64,000 bases of DNA from Octopus sinensis (GCF_006345805.1 NC_043000.1:45198001-45262000), one strand, 5' to 3'; counted from the stretch's first letter, positions 39,513 through 51,759 are shown. Notes: generated from the letters alone by a model not told the origin. Program-made: numbers and translations.

Positions 39513-40350
39513 GGTATCAAACAGTTCCTAGACTAGTTCCGTAGTGCCCCAACAGTTCCATGTATTGTGAGGTTTAGTAGTAACCTTCATGAGGTAGTGT
39601 CATGAGTGATATTGCTGTGTTTACTTCGCATGTTATGAAATTTGTGTGTTTGTGATCATGTGTATGCTGTAGTCTGTGATTTTGTCATGGACAGGAATAA
39701 AGAGCAAACTTCAAATTTTGCTTTAAACTTGGGAAATCTGCTATAAAGACACTGAGCATGCTTCAGCAAGTTTACAGTGACGAGGCAATGGGATGTACAC
39801 AATGTTTAGAGTGGTACAGGCACTTCAAAAGTAGAAGACCATGCCTGCAAATTGATGAACAATCTGAAAAACTTGCAACAAGCATCACACCTGGAAATGT
39901 GATATTGAGAATTCATTCCCCAGGGCCTGACTGTCAATCGAGAGTCCTACTGGGACAGTTTGAAGTACTTGTGGGAGAACATCCTGAGAAAGCAACTAAA
40001 TCTGTGGAGCATGAAGAATTAGATTCTTCATGATGACAAAGCACCCTGTCACCAAGCTCTCCTTACTCATGAGTTTCTTGCCAAAAACAACATGGCATCA
40101 CTTCTGCCCCCACCCTATTAACCTCATTTAGCATCATTTTAACACCATTGTCAAGATCCAGAGTGAATTGCACAAAATCCTTGACTCACTTATGGGAAAC
40201 AGCTTCCAGGCAGGATTCCAAAAGTGGCAGGAACACTGGAACCAGTGTATTGCTGTGCAAGATGCCTATTTCAAAGGAGTGGATGTTAAATCTTAGTTAA
40301 ATAAGTTATTGTTTTTATTAAACATAAGTAGTCCAGAACCTTTAGATATC
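39513..40350 (+). mobile_element. Internally deleted mariner element
   Basis: MLQQVYSDEAM..CLEWYRHFKS (HTH); EFIPQGLTVN..ILHDDKAPCH..PPY.PHLA; degenerate TIRs at 39513-39534 and 40330-40350. Confidence 0.85.
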
Positions 40351-41178
40351 ATCTTATAATTTGGTTCCATTTACATGGTTAACTGTCTTTGGATATGAGT
40401 GTTGAAAGTTCACATATTCTATTTCATCTAGTATGTAAAATCTTTGTATCCAATCAAAAGGAAACAATATTATGGTTATAATTTATATTTGAATAATCTA
40501 TGCAAAATGGTCCAACATGCTTTCTCATTTGGTTTAGTCAGTGCTGGAAGGTCAATACCTAGGATCATTCATAGTGTTCCAAGACTATTTATAAAAAAAC
40601 AAAAAGGAAATTACTCCATATTGGTTTTTGCTTTGCTTAAAATCATGGATTTAACACCAGATTAGAGTCCTGGTTAGGCTATTTACAACAGAATACTGTT
40701 TGTTATAAGCATTCAAAGTGAGATGGCTACGTTTACTATCCAGTATAGAAATACAATCTGGTTTTAATTTTGTGGTGGGATTGTTTCTCTAAAATCATTA
40801 TTGACTATAAAAATAATAATTGAATGTTACTTTTTGCCAAGATTTTTCATTCCTTTAAATTTGAATGAATTGATTTTTATATAGAAGTTACAGAATTCTA
40901 TAATGTAAGAATTACAATAATGTTTGAAAATCCTTAGAAAAAAAATTCAAACATTTCCTACTTCACACTTCTTTGCAATATCCATGGAAAACATTATTGA
41001 TGTCCATTACTTATATTATTTACATTATTTACATTTGATGGATATATGTCTTCATCTTGTTTGTTGATAACATGTTTCGGCTGATATAACTTCCAGGCTT
41101 CATCAGGTGTCTTGGGGAAATTTCGAACCTGGGTTCTCATTCCTAAAGTATTTTTCGATGTTGTTGTTGTCATTATTA

Positions 41179-41234
<56 letters not shown>

Positions 41235-41370
41235 ATTTGTAACTGCAAAAAGATACAAAAGATATGCACCCCATATGACATCAGGACATCATTCAAGAGT
41301 TATACAACACTTTGCAAATGTCTCCTTCAGGTAAAACGACCAATAGAAGAGAATATGACCAAAAGACTGC

Positions 41371-41700
41371 ATGTACTCCATCCCATGCAGCTGTGGTAGG
41401 TTATACAAAGGCGAAACATGCCACCCCCTCAAACTAAGGGCAGAAGAACATCACAAAGCTGTGACATGGGGAGATATTGCTAAATCGAGTATAGCTGATC
41501 ATCTATGGAGAAATGGAGACAACCTCTCCCTGTGGGATGAAGTTAAAATAATAGACAGAGAACGTTACTGGAAAATACAAAAACTGAAAGAAGCAGCACA
41601 TAAGCTAGGACACAACAACCTCCTAAGCAGACCGAGTGCAGATATGAATAGCATATGGGAACCAGTATTAAGGAAAAATATTAAAATATTAGATTTATAA
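41371..41700 (+). CDS. Penelope GIY-YIG endonuclease fragment
   Basis: YSIPCSCGRLYKGET..LR..EH..SSIADH..WDEVKII..KLKEA; frameshifted upstream LLQVKRPIEENMTK. Confidence 0.85.
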   Translation: MYSIPCSCGRLYKGETCHPLKLRAEEHHKAVTWGDIAKSSIADHLWRNGDNLSLWDEVKIIDRERYWKIQKLKEAAHKLGHNNLLSRPSADMNSIWEPVLRKNIKILDL

Positions 41701-41729
41701 GCCCTAAATTTCACTCCATAATTGCCCAT

Positions 41730-41804
41730 GGGCATATGGTGTAGTGGTTAAGAGTGTTGGCTACTAATCCCAAGATTCCGAGTTTGATTCCAGGCAGTGA
41801 TCTG
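41730..41804 (+). promoter_or_regulatory. tRNA-derived Pol III type-2 promoter head inside the Penelope 3' region
   Basis: A box TGGTGTAGTGG (41737-41747); B-box-like GAGTTTGATTCC (41780-41791); tRNA-like spacing. Confidence 0.65.
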
Positions 41805-41891
41805 AATAATAATGATAATAATAATAATAATAATAAATATAACATCGAAAAATACCTTAGGAATGAGAACTCATGTTCGAAATTCCCCCAA

Positions 41892-41937
41892 GACACCTGA
41901 TGAAGGCTGGAGGGTATATCAGCCGAAGCGTTGTGTT
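41892..41937 (+). ncRNA. Minimal Penelope-type hammerhead ribozyme (mutated)
   Basis: GACAC-CTGATGA-A-GGCTG(loop)CAGCC-GAAG-CG-TT-GTGTT; A15.1>G. The mirror copy at 41065-41112 (-) keeps GAAAC but has stem II and stem I mismatches. Confidence 0.75.
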
Positions 41938-43084
41938 AACAAACAAGATAAGGACAAATATCTGCCAAATGTAAATAATGTATATAATTCCTCATCTCTT
42001 AAATATAGAACTACATTACTTTTTTCAATTCCTTATCTTGCAAAAGGAAAAGTCACTAACAGGCCATTCTGAAGCACATGTATTAAGCATGATTATATCA
42101 TTTTAGGATTATTTACATTTTCTTTGATCATCTTCAGGATGATCACAGTATTTTCTATCAAAGTTACTGCAAATTTAAATTAAATTCCTGTGGTCAGCCT
42201 TGAATGCAATTATAAATGCTTCATGTAGAAATGCAATCTATTCTTGTATTATCAACACCAAACAATAAGAACTCATTTCTTCACTGGAACTGTAAACATT
42301 TGATGCAAAAGCTTTTAAGATGTACCTGAAACAAATTGTAATAGTTCCTGTCAGCTGTAAGATGTAATCTCTCAATTAAATGTGTTTATATTAGAAATTA
42401 CATCATTGTTAACCATATTACATTTCCAGAAAATTAGTTAATATTACTGGAAAATTGTGTAAAATAGCTGTGGGTCATTTTATCTCCCAAGCAACTCTTT
42501 TAATAAAATGTTTCTTTCGCATATTCATACTCACTACCTTAAAAAAGAAAATTAAATGAATTATAAAAGCATTTAGAATTTTAGTTTTATAGAGCTCTAA
42601 CAATAGCTATTTTCCCCAGAGAACTATAGACATTTCAATTAATATGATTAGAATGTATGAAATGAGTGTAGCATACATGTGCATTCTCATACATCATTTC
42701 ACACAGTTCGCAGAAACAAATTTACACCTATGAATATGTACACTCATAAATTCACAAAAACACACTCACACATATGCACAAACTCATGTGTATTACTCTT
42801 AACTGGTTTCTTCTGTCAATGAACCGTGTCTATATGAGATATGGGGGTACAACTGTCATACATATACATTACATGTGCATGCACAAACACACCCACACAG
42901 ACACACACTTACACACACACATACATACACACATACACATGCATGCACGCATGTGCACATGTGCACATGTGTGTTTGTGTGTGTGTTCTATTCTGTTTTC
43001 AGCTATTTAAATTCTTCCTCTGAGGAAGGAACTGTTTCTAACAAAAACAAAAGCTTCATCATTGGAATGTACATAAAAATAATG

Positions 43085-44745
43085 TCAAATTTTAAACTTG
43101 GGAAAAGTCTTGCATATTTTTACTGATCCTCTTAAAGATTGTATTTGTAATGTGCATGTTAGTTGGATGGGGGTTTTTTTTTCTGAAAATCCAAACTTAT
43201 CCAGACTGTCAGTTAAGCATTTATTCACAAAACTAAGTGCATCAGTTTTTGTTGGTATAAATGTAAATCTGTAACCTGGATATGAAAGCTGGAGTTTTTG
43301 AAGCAGTTGTCTATAATTATCTTCTTTCTCTTTGATTTCCAAAGAGACATTTACATCCTTGCAGGACAGCTGACCTCTACAGCACTACATACATTTTATT
43401 GTCTGTCTCAAACAACACTATCCAGCTTGTTGTGCTTACACTCAATAGATGTTTTGATGGGAAAAGATGGTGAGCTAGCAGAATCATTAGCATGCCGGGC
43501 AAAATGCTTAGCGGTATTTCGTCTGCCATTACGTTCTGCGTTCAAATTCCGCCGAGGTCGACTTTGCCTTTCATCCTTTCAGGGTCGATAAATTAAGTAC
43601 CAGTTACGCACTGGGGTTGATGTAATCGACTTAGTCCCTTTGTCTGTCCTTGTTTGTCCCCTCTATGTTTAGCCCCTTGTGGGCAATAAAGAAATAAGAT
43701 GTTTTGATGGGAATTTTCCACCAATATACCCTGTGTTTATGTTTGCACATATTCAGTAACAAGGGAATTCTCTATTTTTAGTCCAAGACGGTTTTTTTTT
43801 TTCTGGATGACAATGTATATTGCTTTTGCAACATCATGTCACACTGGGTGATAGTATTTTGATGACATTTTTGGGCTGCTGCTTGTCAATTGTGTGATGT
43901 CTTCCACAGAAATATGTCATAATCTACATTTTCAGTTGTATCTTGAATCTCCAAGAGCTTCACTGTCTCTTTTGTTGATCAGGTATTTAGTTGCAATCTC
44001 CTGTTCATGAGTTGCAAGAGTATAGCCTTTGAAGTGGCATGTCATATAGTGGTCATGAGTCTAAGAGACGCTTTGCTTCAAGTCATTATTACTGTTTTCT
44101 TCAAGTCTTTGGGAAACATACCCATGCATGGTCTTTTTTTTTTTTTTTTGGTATTCTGAACATTTCACATCCAGCTCTTCTTTGAGGCATGTTAGTCCAA
44201 CTGTTTTGGGGTTGTATGAGAGGTCATCAAGAAGAGAGTGCTTCCTAAGGAGCTCACCGCCAACTCATGGTATATTGTTTTCTTCACTTTACAACACTAA
44301 GTTAATGTATATATTTTTGCTGCTTTTATTTATCAAGAGAAAGACTATATGACATTCAAAGAATGCCTGCTGTGATCTCAAGCCACTACCTCCTTTATCA
44401 CTTCTTAGGTAGAGCCAGTTGAAATCACTATTCCTGTGGAGATTTCTAGTTGATGTCAATTTCTTATGGAGTGGATCTCTTCTACAGTGTAGAATTGTCT
44501 TGTTGTAAGAGAAGAGTTCTGAGTGCCATATTTTTCTAAGTCTGGCATAATATTCTCACATAACACTATCTTTATTCACACTATCTTCAGATGATTTGTT
44601 TTCATCAAAGCCTAGGAACATGTAGCATTCTTTGTGTGATACAGGAGAGATAGTGAGACCATTGATGCACAGGTTTTGGGTCTGGGAGTGTAATTTTCTC
44701 CATTCACCAATCAAATATGAACATTCCTTTTGACCAGATTTCATA
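43085..44745 (-). mobile_element. Old R4/Dong-like LINE 3' half, interrupted by SINE B
   Basis: MKSGQKEC..CINGLTISPV..YMFLG; YYHPV.HDVAKAIY (RHD region); EKEDNYRQLL..YPGYRFTFIP..LQIQSLRGSVKICKTF*. Confidence 0.7.
43465..43698 (+). mobile_element. SINE family B (young copy)
   Basis: gagctagcagaatcattagcatgccgggc..ttcaaattccgccgaggtcgactttgcc..aagtaccagtt..gtgggcaataaagaaata; CpG-rich. Confidence 0.9.
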
Positions 44746-44807
44746 CCAAGACACCTGATGAAGGCTGGAGGGTATATCAGTTAGTATTATTATTCTCATC
44801 ATCATCA

Positions 44808-44849
<42 letters not shown>

Positions 44850-44879
44850 GTTGTAGTAGTAGTAGTAGTAGTATCGTTA

Positions 44880-45272
44880 TTAAGGTGGTGAGCTGGCAGA
44901 ATGCTTAGTGGTATTTTGTCTGTCTACGTTTCTGAGTTCAACCTCTGCCATGGTCAATAATATAAGCACCAGTTAAGCACTGGGGATCAATGTAATTGAC
45001 TAACTCCACAACTCAAAATTTCAGACCTTGAGCCTATAATAGTAAGGCTTATTGTTATTATCATTATTAGTACGGCGAGCTGGCAAGATCATTAACATAC
45101 TGGACAAAATGCTTAGCGATATTTCACCCGTCAATACGTCCTGACTCCAAATTCCGCCGAGGTTGACTTTGCCTTTCATCCTTTCAAGTTCGATAAAGTT
45201 ATGCACTGGGGTCAATGTAATCGATTAGCCAACTCCCTTACAATTTCAGGCCTTGTGCCTATTGGAGAAAGG
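44880..45272 (+). mobile_element. Tandem pair of SINE family B units bounded by (ATT)n
   Basis: Two ggcgagctggcag..ttcaaat..gccttgtgcctat..aaaggattatt units. Confidence 0.8.
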
Positions 45273-45320
<48 letters not shown>

Positions 45321-45604
45321 GAGTGAGAGAGCATTGCATGCCATCAAAGTGACACTGGGGTAAAATATACAAAGCCCATTATAGCCAGTCATGACTACCT
45401 GTCTGATAAGGGTACACCAGGTATATGCATCACAACTCTATGTATGTGACATGGTGATCTCATATCAAGATAAACAGTGTATAGCCTTGCATATTATCAA
45501 TATTATGATTATTATTATCATCATTACTAATAATGATAAAAACAACAACTATAATAATAATAATGATAATAATAATAATAATAATAGTAATAATGATGAT
45601 GATG

Positions 45605-45636
<32 letters not shown>

Positions 45637-45909
45637 TCACAATGGTAAATAAATGATATGAAGAGTGCAAAGCAATTTGTAATTAAGAGAGACTCTATTA
45701 AATTGTCTAAAATGAAATGCAGGATATTCCTGTTCATATATTTAATTTCTGTATATCTGCATCTTTTTTCATTTTACATTTTGAACCTGGGGAAGACAGA
45801 CAATCTGTCAAAATATTATTGTTCAATTTGTTCAATTCAATAAACAGAATCAATCTCTATTTATTACAAATTGTATCATACTCTCCTTACTGTTTATAAT
45901 AATAATAAC

Positions 45910-45960
<51 letters not shown>

Positions 45961-45964
45961 CAGT

Positions 45965-46370
45965 GTATGATGCCACATTTTCTCAATTTCAAGTGACCAT
46001 CCATGTCCGTATTCGGAGAAGAGTTTGTGCCAGTTGATGACTTTTCGATCCCAGGCTGGCTCTTCCCTGGGGGACGCGCTTCCAGATTAACCATAGGACA
46101 ATGAGTAGGTCTTTATATTTTCTGAGCTTGTCAAACTCTTTCGCTGAGATATTATGATCACAGGGGATGCTCATGTCGATCAATAAGCAAACTTTATTGT
46201 TTTGGTCTTTCACAACAATATCTGGTTTATTGGCCTTGATGGTTTGGTCTGTATGTACTGGAAAGTCCCACAGAATGGTTACATTTTCACCTTCAGTTAC
46301 AGCCTCAGGGTGGTGATTATACCACTTGTCGGCAAGAAATGGAAGCAAATTTGAAAGAAGAAAAAAAAAG
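45965..46370 (-). mobile_element. Rearranged mini-copy of the young Dong element
   Basis: RLE segment, ORF start and 3' UTR joined at microhomologies; see findings. Confidence 0.9.
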
Positions 46371-46869
46371 TAATAATAATAATAATAATAATAAAAAAGG
46401 AAAAAAAAAATCACTGATGGTGATGGTGTTGGTGATGATGGTGATGATGATAATAATGATAGTAATAGTGCTGATAATCTATCTATCTATCTACACACAC
46501 ACACACACACGCAGAGTTCAGCCAACACAAACCTCACCTTGGTGCTTTAGATGTTAACCAAATATGAAAGTATTATTTGACAGGCAAGAATTCTGGTGTT
46601 GAAGACAGTCAGCCAGCCAACCACCCAGCCAGCCAACGAGACAGACAGACACTACTGTGATGGTGATAATGATAAAAAACAAAAATAACAATAATAAGAT
46701 ACTGCTGTGACTACACATAAAACAATATCATTGATGATGATGATGATGATGATGTAGATGGTGATGATGATAATGATGATAGTAATAGTGGTGATAATGA
46801 TAACGGTGATAATAATGGTGATGATAATAACAATAATAAGCCGACTACGGCTGCTATAACGGTACGATT

Positions 46870-49800
46870 ATAATTGTAACGGCAATGATGGCCATTTCCC
46901 CACGAGCCAATCAAAGCTCAAAAATGATAACATTATCGTAGCACCAAAATGTTTTTGGAAACTAAAAGGAAAACTAAATCAGTATACCAAATCGCTTGTC
47001 CTTAATCTGGAAGCGCGTCCCCCAGGGAAGAGCCAGCCTGGGATCGAAAAGTCATCAACTGGCACAAACTCTTCTCCGAATACGGACATGGATGGTCACT
47101 TGAACGGGAAATTCCCCAACTCGAGCCCTCCAAGTTCACCACCACAACCACCACAGAAAGAAAAATGTAAGCGGAACAAATGGACCCGAGAAGAGTATAA
47201 AGAAGTAATATATGCTTATTACTATGCATTAGGTAGGCCATCTCAAGAGAGACACACCACAAACTCTTACAGTATATGGAGAACACGGAATCAAGTAGGC
47301 CCTATTTGGACGAGAATAAATTGGCAAATGTGAGGAGGGATATCCTTAGAAATAACAGACTCACAGACAGTGAAATAAACGCGATCAAGCACGCAACTGA
47401 AAATTACATAAATATAAGATACAAAGGAAATGAAGAATCAGATGAACAGTATAGCCCACCACGAGACTTAATTGAAAGACTGCCATCTGACCAAAGTACG
47501 CAAAGGCCTGAAGATACAAGAAATTCTACTGAACCTGTTAAAGATAGCCTGGAAAATGATAAAACAACAGTAACTGAAGATCTCGCATTCGCTGAAGAAC
47601 ACAGAGAGTCTATGGCAGAAATGAGGCAGAAAATCCTGAATACGCTTGAGGTTGTAAGACATACAAGTATGAATGATAGAGAACCACTTCATAAACTCTC
47701 AAATACAAACCAAAATAAAAAACAAATCCAAATTGGCAACTATGTAACAAATGAAATAATACAAGAATTAAAACCTGATTTTACTGAGTTAAATTAAACT
47801 ATTTACGCTTCTGCTAGGGCAATTGAAACCAGCTCTATGCCCCCGAAAAAACAAAGAAAACCAAACCTGGGAAGAAATCAAACCTGGAGAAGTAAAATTG
47901 AAACAGAGATTGAATTTATGAGAGGGGAAATATCAATATTAAATGAACTAATATGTGGAAATGATGTAAGATCCAGAACAGGAAGAAAGATGAAGAGAAG
48001 ATTTGGACCCCCACCAAGAGAAGAACTGATATCAATAAAAGAAACGCTGAAACAAAAAGTCCAAGCTAAAGCCCAAAGAATACGAAGATTTGAGAAGAGA
48101 AACAAGTTTTACATGCAAAATAAGCTGTTCACATCCAATGCCAAAAAATTCTACAGAGAAATAGGGAAGGAGAAAGTAACCGTTAAAGACCCCACCTCCC
48201 ATGGAAGAAGTTCAAAACTTTTGGAAAAGGATTTGGAGTGACAAGAAGACGTACAACATAAATGCAGACTGGATTATACAAACTGAAGGATCCTACCAAA
48301 ATTTACAACAAACATGGGAAGACATCACAATAGCATACCTAAGAAAGGCACTCACGAAGGCCCATAATTGGAAATCCCCCGGTAAAGATAGGGTGCTGAA
48401 TTTCTGGCTCGCATCGCTTCCATGCGCACACGGTAAGCTAGTTCAGATGCTCAATGGAATTATGAGAGACCCAAAGAAAACACCTGAATGGTTAGCAAGT
48501 GGTATTACTTACCTCCTCCCAAAGAATAACGAAACCAACCTTCCAAAAAACTATCGGCCTATAACCTGTCTATCCACCACGTATAAAATCCTAACATCTA
48601 TCCTGGCGGAGAAAACATATGCATTCATGGAGAAGAACGATATTTTCCCCATTGAACAAAAAGGGTGCCGCCAAGGCTCATATGAATGTAAAGATCAACT
48701 GCTAATTAATCGTATGATCCTTGAGAACTGTCACAACAAGTGCAGAAATCTCAGCTCCGCATGGATTAACTATAAAAAGGCCTTCGACAGTATACCGCAT
48801 CCATGGATCTTGAGATCGCTGGACATCTTCAAAATTTCCGTTGTGATTTCAAGCTTCCTGAAGCACAATATGTCGTTGTGGAATACGAATCTCCAATTAT
48901 ACCACTCTAATGGAGTACTTGCCTCAGAAAATATAAACATCAACTGTGGAATTTTTCAAGGTGACTCACTTTCACCTTTAATATTCTGCATAGCCCTAAT
49001 ACCCCTTACAAGTGAATTAAACAGAACAGGGTATGGGTATAAAATTGCCAATAAAAAAATAAGCCATCTATTTTATATGGATGACTTAAAACTCTATAGT
49101 AAAGATGATAATGAACTTGAAGGCCTATTGCCCACTGTGAAAGCATTCAGCGATGACATCGGGATGAAGTTTGGGCTTGAGAAGTGTGCCAAGGCCACTT
49201 TCCAGAAAGGGAAAGTGAAGACCACAAACTCAGTCGTGTTAGATGTTGACACAGTCATAAGAGAGCTTGAGCAAGAACAAACATACGAATATTTAGGGAT
49301 AAATGAAGGCTCTGGTATTCAGCATGCAAGCATGAAAGAGAAGATCAGGAAGGAATGTTATAGGAGAGTTCGTGCAGTCCTGAAATTTGAACTAAATGCA
49401 CGTAACAAGGTGTTAGCTATAAATTCCTTAGCAGTTCCAGTTGTTACTTATAGCTACAATATGTTGAACTGGAATATGAGTGAAGTAAAGAATATAGATG
49501 GGAAAATACGCAAGCTGCTGAGTTGTAATAGGATGCACCACCCAAAGGCAGACGTAGATCGCCTTTACCTTCCCAGAGCCCAAGGAGGTCGAGGCCTGAT
49601 CCAATTTGAACTAGCTTACAAAACAACCACAATTGGACTCGCCAAATATCTTGAAATAACGAATGACTGGATGCTAAAGCTCGTGGAAAATCACGAGAGA
49701 CAAGCTGATGTTGACCAGAAGCAAACCCATCAGTGGCTACGGAGCTCAGGGCTAAAAGCAGAGAGCGAAGGTTTCATCATGGCTGCTCAAGATCAAAGCC

Positions 49801-50585
49801 TATTAACCCGGAACTACCAGGCCAATGTGATGAAAAATGGAGCAGACCCAAAATGCCGATTCTGCAACGACATGATTGAAACAGTGGACCACCTAATCTC
49901 TGGATGTAAAGTCTTAGCACCAGTGGAGTATAAATTAAGACATGACAGAGTTGGTCAATATCTACACTGGCTAATAAGTCGGCATTACAATATCAAAACT
50001 GCCGACAAGTGGTATAATCACCCTGAAGCTGTAACTGAAGGAGAAAATGGAACGATTCTGTGGGACTTTCCAGTACATACAGACCGAACCATCAAAGCCA
50101 ATAAACCAGATATTGTTGTGAAAGACCAAAACAATAAAGTTTGCTTATTGATCGACATGAGCATCCCCTGTGATCATAATATCTCGGCGAAAGAGTTTGA
50201 CAAGCTCAGAAAATATAAAGACCTGCTCATTGAAATTGGGAAAATGTGGCATCTCAAGGCGGTTACAATACCAGTGATCGTAGGGGCACTAGGAATGATC
50301 AAGAAGGGAACCGAAAATTATATGAGAATGATCCCTGGCTTACCATCCCTGCAAGAAGTGCAAAAGATTGTCTTAACTGGTACATCACACGTATTGAGAA
50401 GAGCATTGTCGATGTGAGAACTATTACTCCCCATGTATTTTAATTTAACTTAAAAAAAAGAAATGAACGAACTACTGAGTTCAGTTTAATGGCCTACCAA
50501 TGTATACTATGAGTTTCTTTGCCCTAGGAGTCGGGAAGACACTCGGCAAGAAATGGGAGCAAATTTGAAAGATGAAGAAAAAAAA
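46870..50585 (+). mobile_element. Near-complete R4/Dong-clade non-LTR retrotransposon in (TAA)n
   Basis: One long ORF broken by lost start (~47002), frameshifts (~47295, ~48195) and TAA (47795); 3' UTR, A-run, then (TAA)n. 5' boundary approximate. Confidence 0.92.
48201..50417 (+). CDS. Reverse transcriptase, CCHC knuckle and restriction-like endonuclease (R4/Dong clade)
   Basis: YRPITCL, EQKGCR, KKAFDSIPH, GIFQGDSLSP, YMDD; CRFC..DHLISGC; RHD; KPDIVV..IDMSIP..KY (PD-(D/E)xK). Confidence 0.95.
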   Translation: MEEVQNFWKRIWSDKKTYNINADWIIQTEGSYQNLQQTWEDITIAYLRKALTKAHNWKSPGKDRVLNFWLASLPCAHGKLVQMLNGIMRDPKKTPEWLASGITYLLPKNNETNLPKNYRPITCLSTTYKILTSILAEKTYAFMEKNDIFPIEQKGCRQGSYECKDQLLINRMILENCHNKCRNLSSAWINYKKAFDSIPHPWILRSLDIFKISVVISSFLKHNMSLWNTNLQLYHSNGVLASENININCGIFQGDSLSPLIFCIALIPLTSELNRTGYGYKIANKKISHLFYMDDLKLYSKDDNELEGLLPTVKAFSDDIGMKFGLEKCAKATFQKGKVKTTNSVVLDVDTVIRELEQEQTYEYLGINEGSGIQHASMKEKIRKECYRRVRAVLKFELNARNKVLAINSLAVPVVTYSYNMLNWNMSEVKNIDGKIRKLLSCNRMHHPKADVDRLYLPRAQGGRGLIQFELAYKTTTIGLAKYLEITNDWMLKLVENHERQADVDQKQTHQWLRSSGLKAESEGFIMAAQDQSLLTRNYQANVMKNGADPKCRFCNDMIETVDHLISGCKVLAPVEYKLRHDRVGQYLHWLISRHYNIKTADKWYNHPEAVTEGENGTILWDFPVHTDRTIKANKPDIVVKDQNNKVCLLIDMSIPCDHNISAKEFDKLRKYKDLLIEIGKMWHLKAVTIPVIVGALGMIKKGTENYMRMIPGLPSLQEVQKIVLTGTSHVLRRALSM

Positions 50586-51759
50586 TATAATAATAATAAT
50601 AATAATAATAGTAATAATAATGATAATAATAATTACTATTATCATTATTATAATCATTATCATTATTATTATTGTGATCATTAGTATTATTATTATTATT
50701 ATCATCATCATCATTATCATTATTATTATTATAAGGTTTTTTACAGAAAGTTCAGCTGCGGCATATGTCAATAAAAGATATTGAAATGCTTCTACCAAGA
50801 AGGTTTAAAATAACAAAATTCATCAACAGTATTGATAATGATGGAGTTTTCAAGTTCTGAGGCTACATTATACCATAAGGACATGCTGGGAACAACTCTT
50901 CTTCACAAAGCTTTTCTCACAGCAGTACCATTATATTCAGTTATGAGAATAACAATTAGACAGAGACCAAAGAAGGTTAGAAGAAATTTTTGAAAACTGA
51001 CAGAAAGATAAAATAAAATTGAATTTTAAAATGTGGCGCGGGTACATCTGTCATTCAGAAGTTCTCTCTCTTTCATGAGGAATAGTTTATCTATGAAATA
51101 ACCCCATCTTTACCTCCTGTGCCACCTAAAGGGAGAATGAATCCATCTTCTATTTGAGTGAATTAAACTTTTCAATTATCATTCCAAAGAAAACTTATAT
51201 GATGTACATGAGAGTGCACCAGACGAAGAAGTGAAAGGACAGGTTATGGTACCAAACTTAAAAAACATAAAATGATAAGACGTTGATAGAACTTTTCTGA
51301 ATATATTCGGTGATCTGCATATCAACTATTCACAAGATAAGGGTCCTTATTCACTCACTCTGATCAAGGAGGTCTTCACAGGGAATTCTGAAATCATAGT
51401 GTTAGACAATAGTAGTAGTGCACCTGAGCACTGTATACAATAATTTCATTTCATACAAGGAAGATCTCAAAAATATTTTATGAGGAGATAAATAATGAAG
51501 TCAGTGGAGAACCCTGAACAAATGTAAAGGAGCTTCTAAATATTATATAAAATTCCTTATTTTTTAATTATTGATTGTTATATTGTATTTATTTATTCCA
51601 TGTGATTACTTATATATTTTTCCATACATTTTTGTGGTCATTCCCATATATTTTTGTATAGCATCTTCACTCATTGTCATGTAACTTGTTTGTCCTATCC
51701 ACCTATTTGTGAGTCCTCTGTTTCATATGCATCATATTTTATTGTCTCTTTTCAATATA

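Larger units (their letters stand above)
40990..42010 (+). mobile_element. 5'-truncated Penelope-like element with inverted 5' terminal repeat
   Basis: Inverted repeat copy 41005-41165 (-), GIY-YIG ORF remnant, tRNA-like head, then direct repeat copy 41840-41985 (+). Confidence 0.88.
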
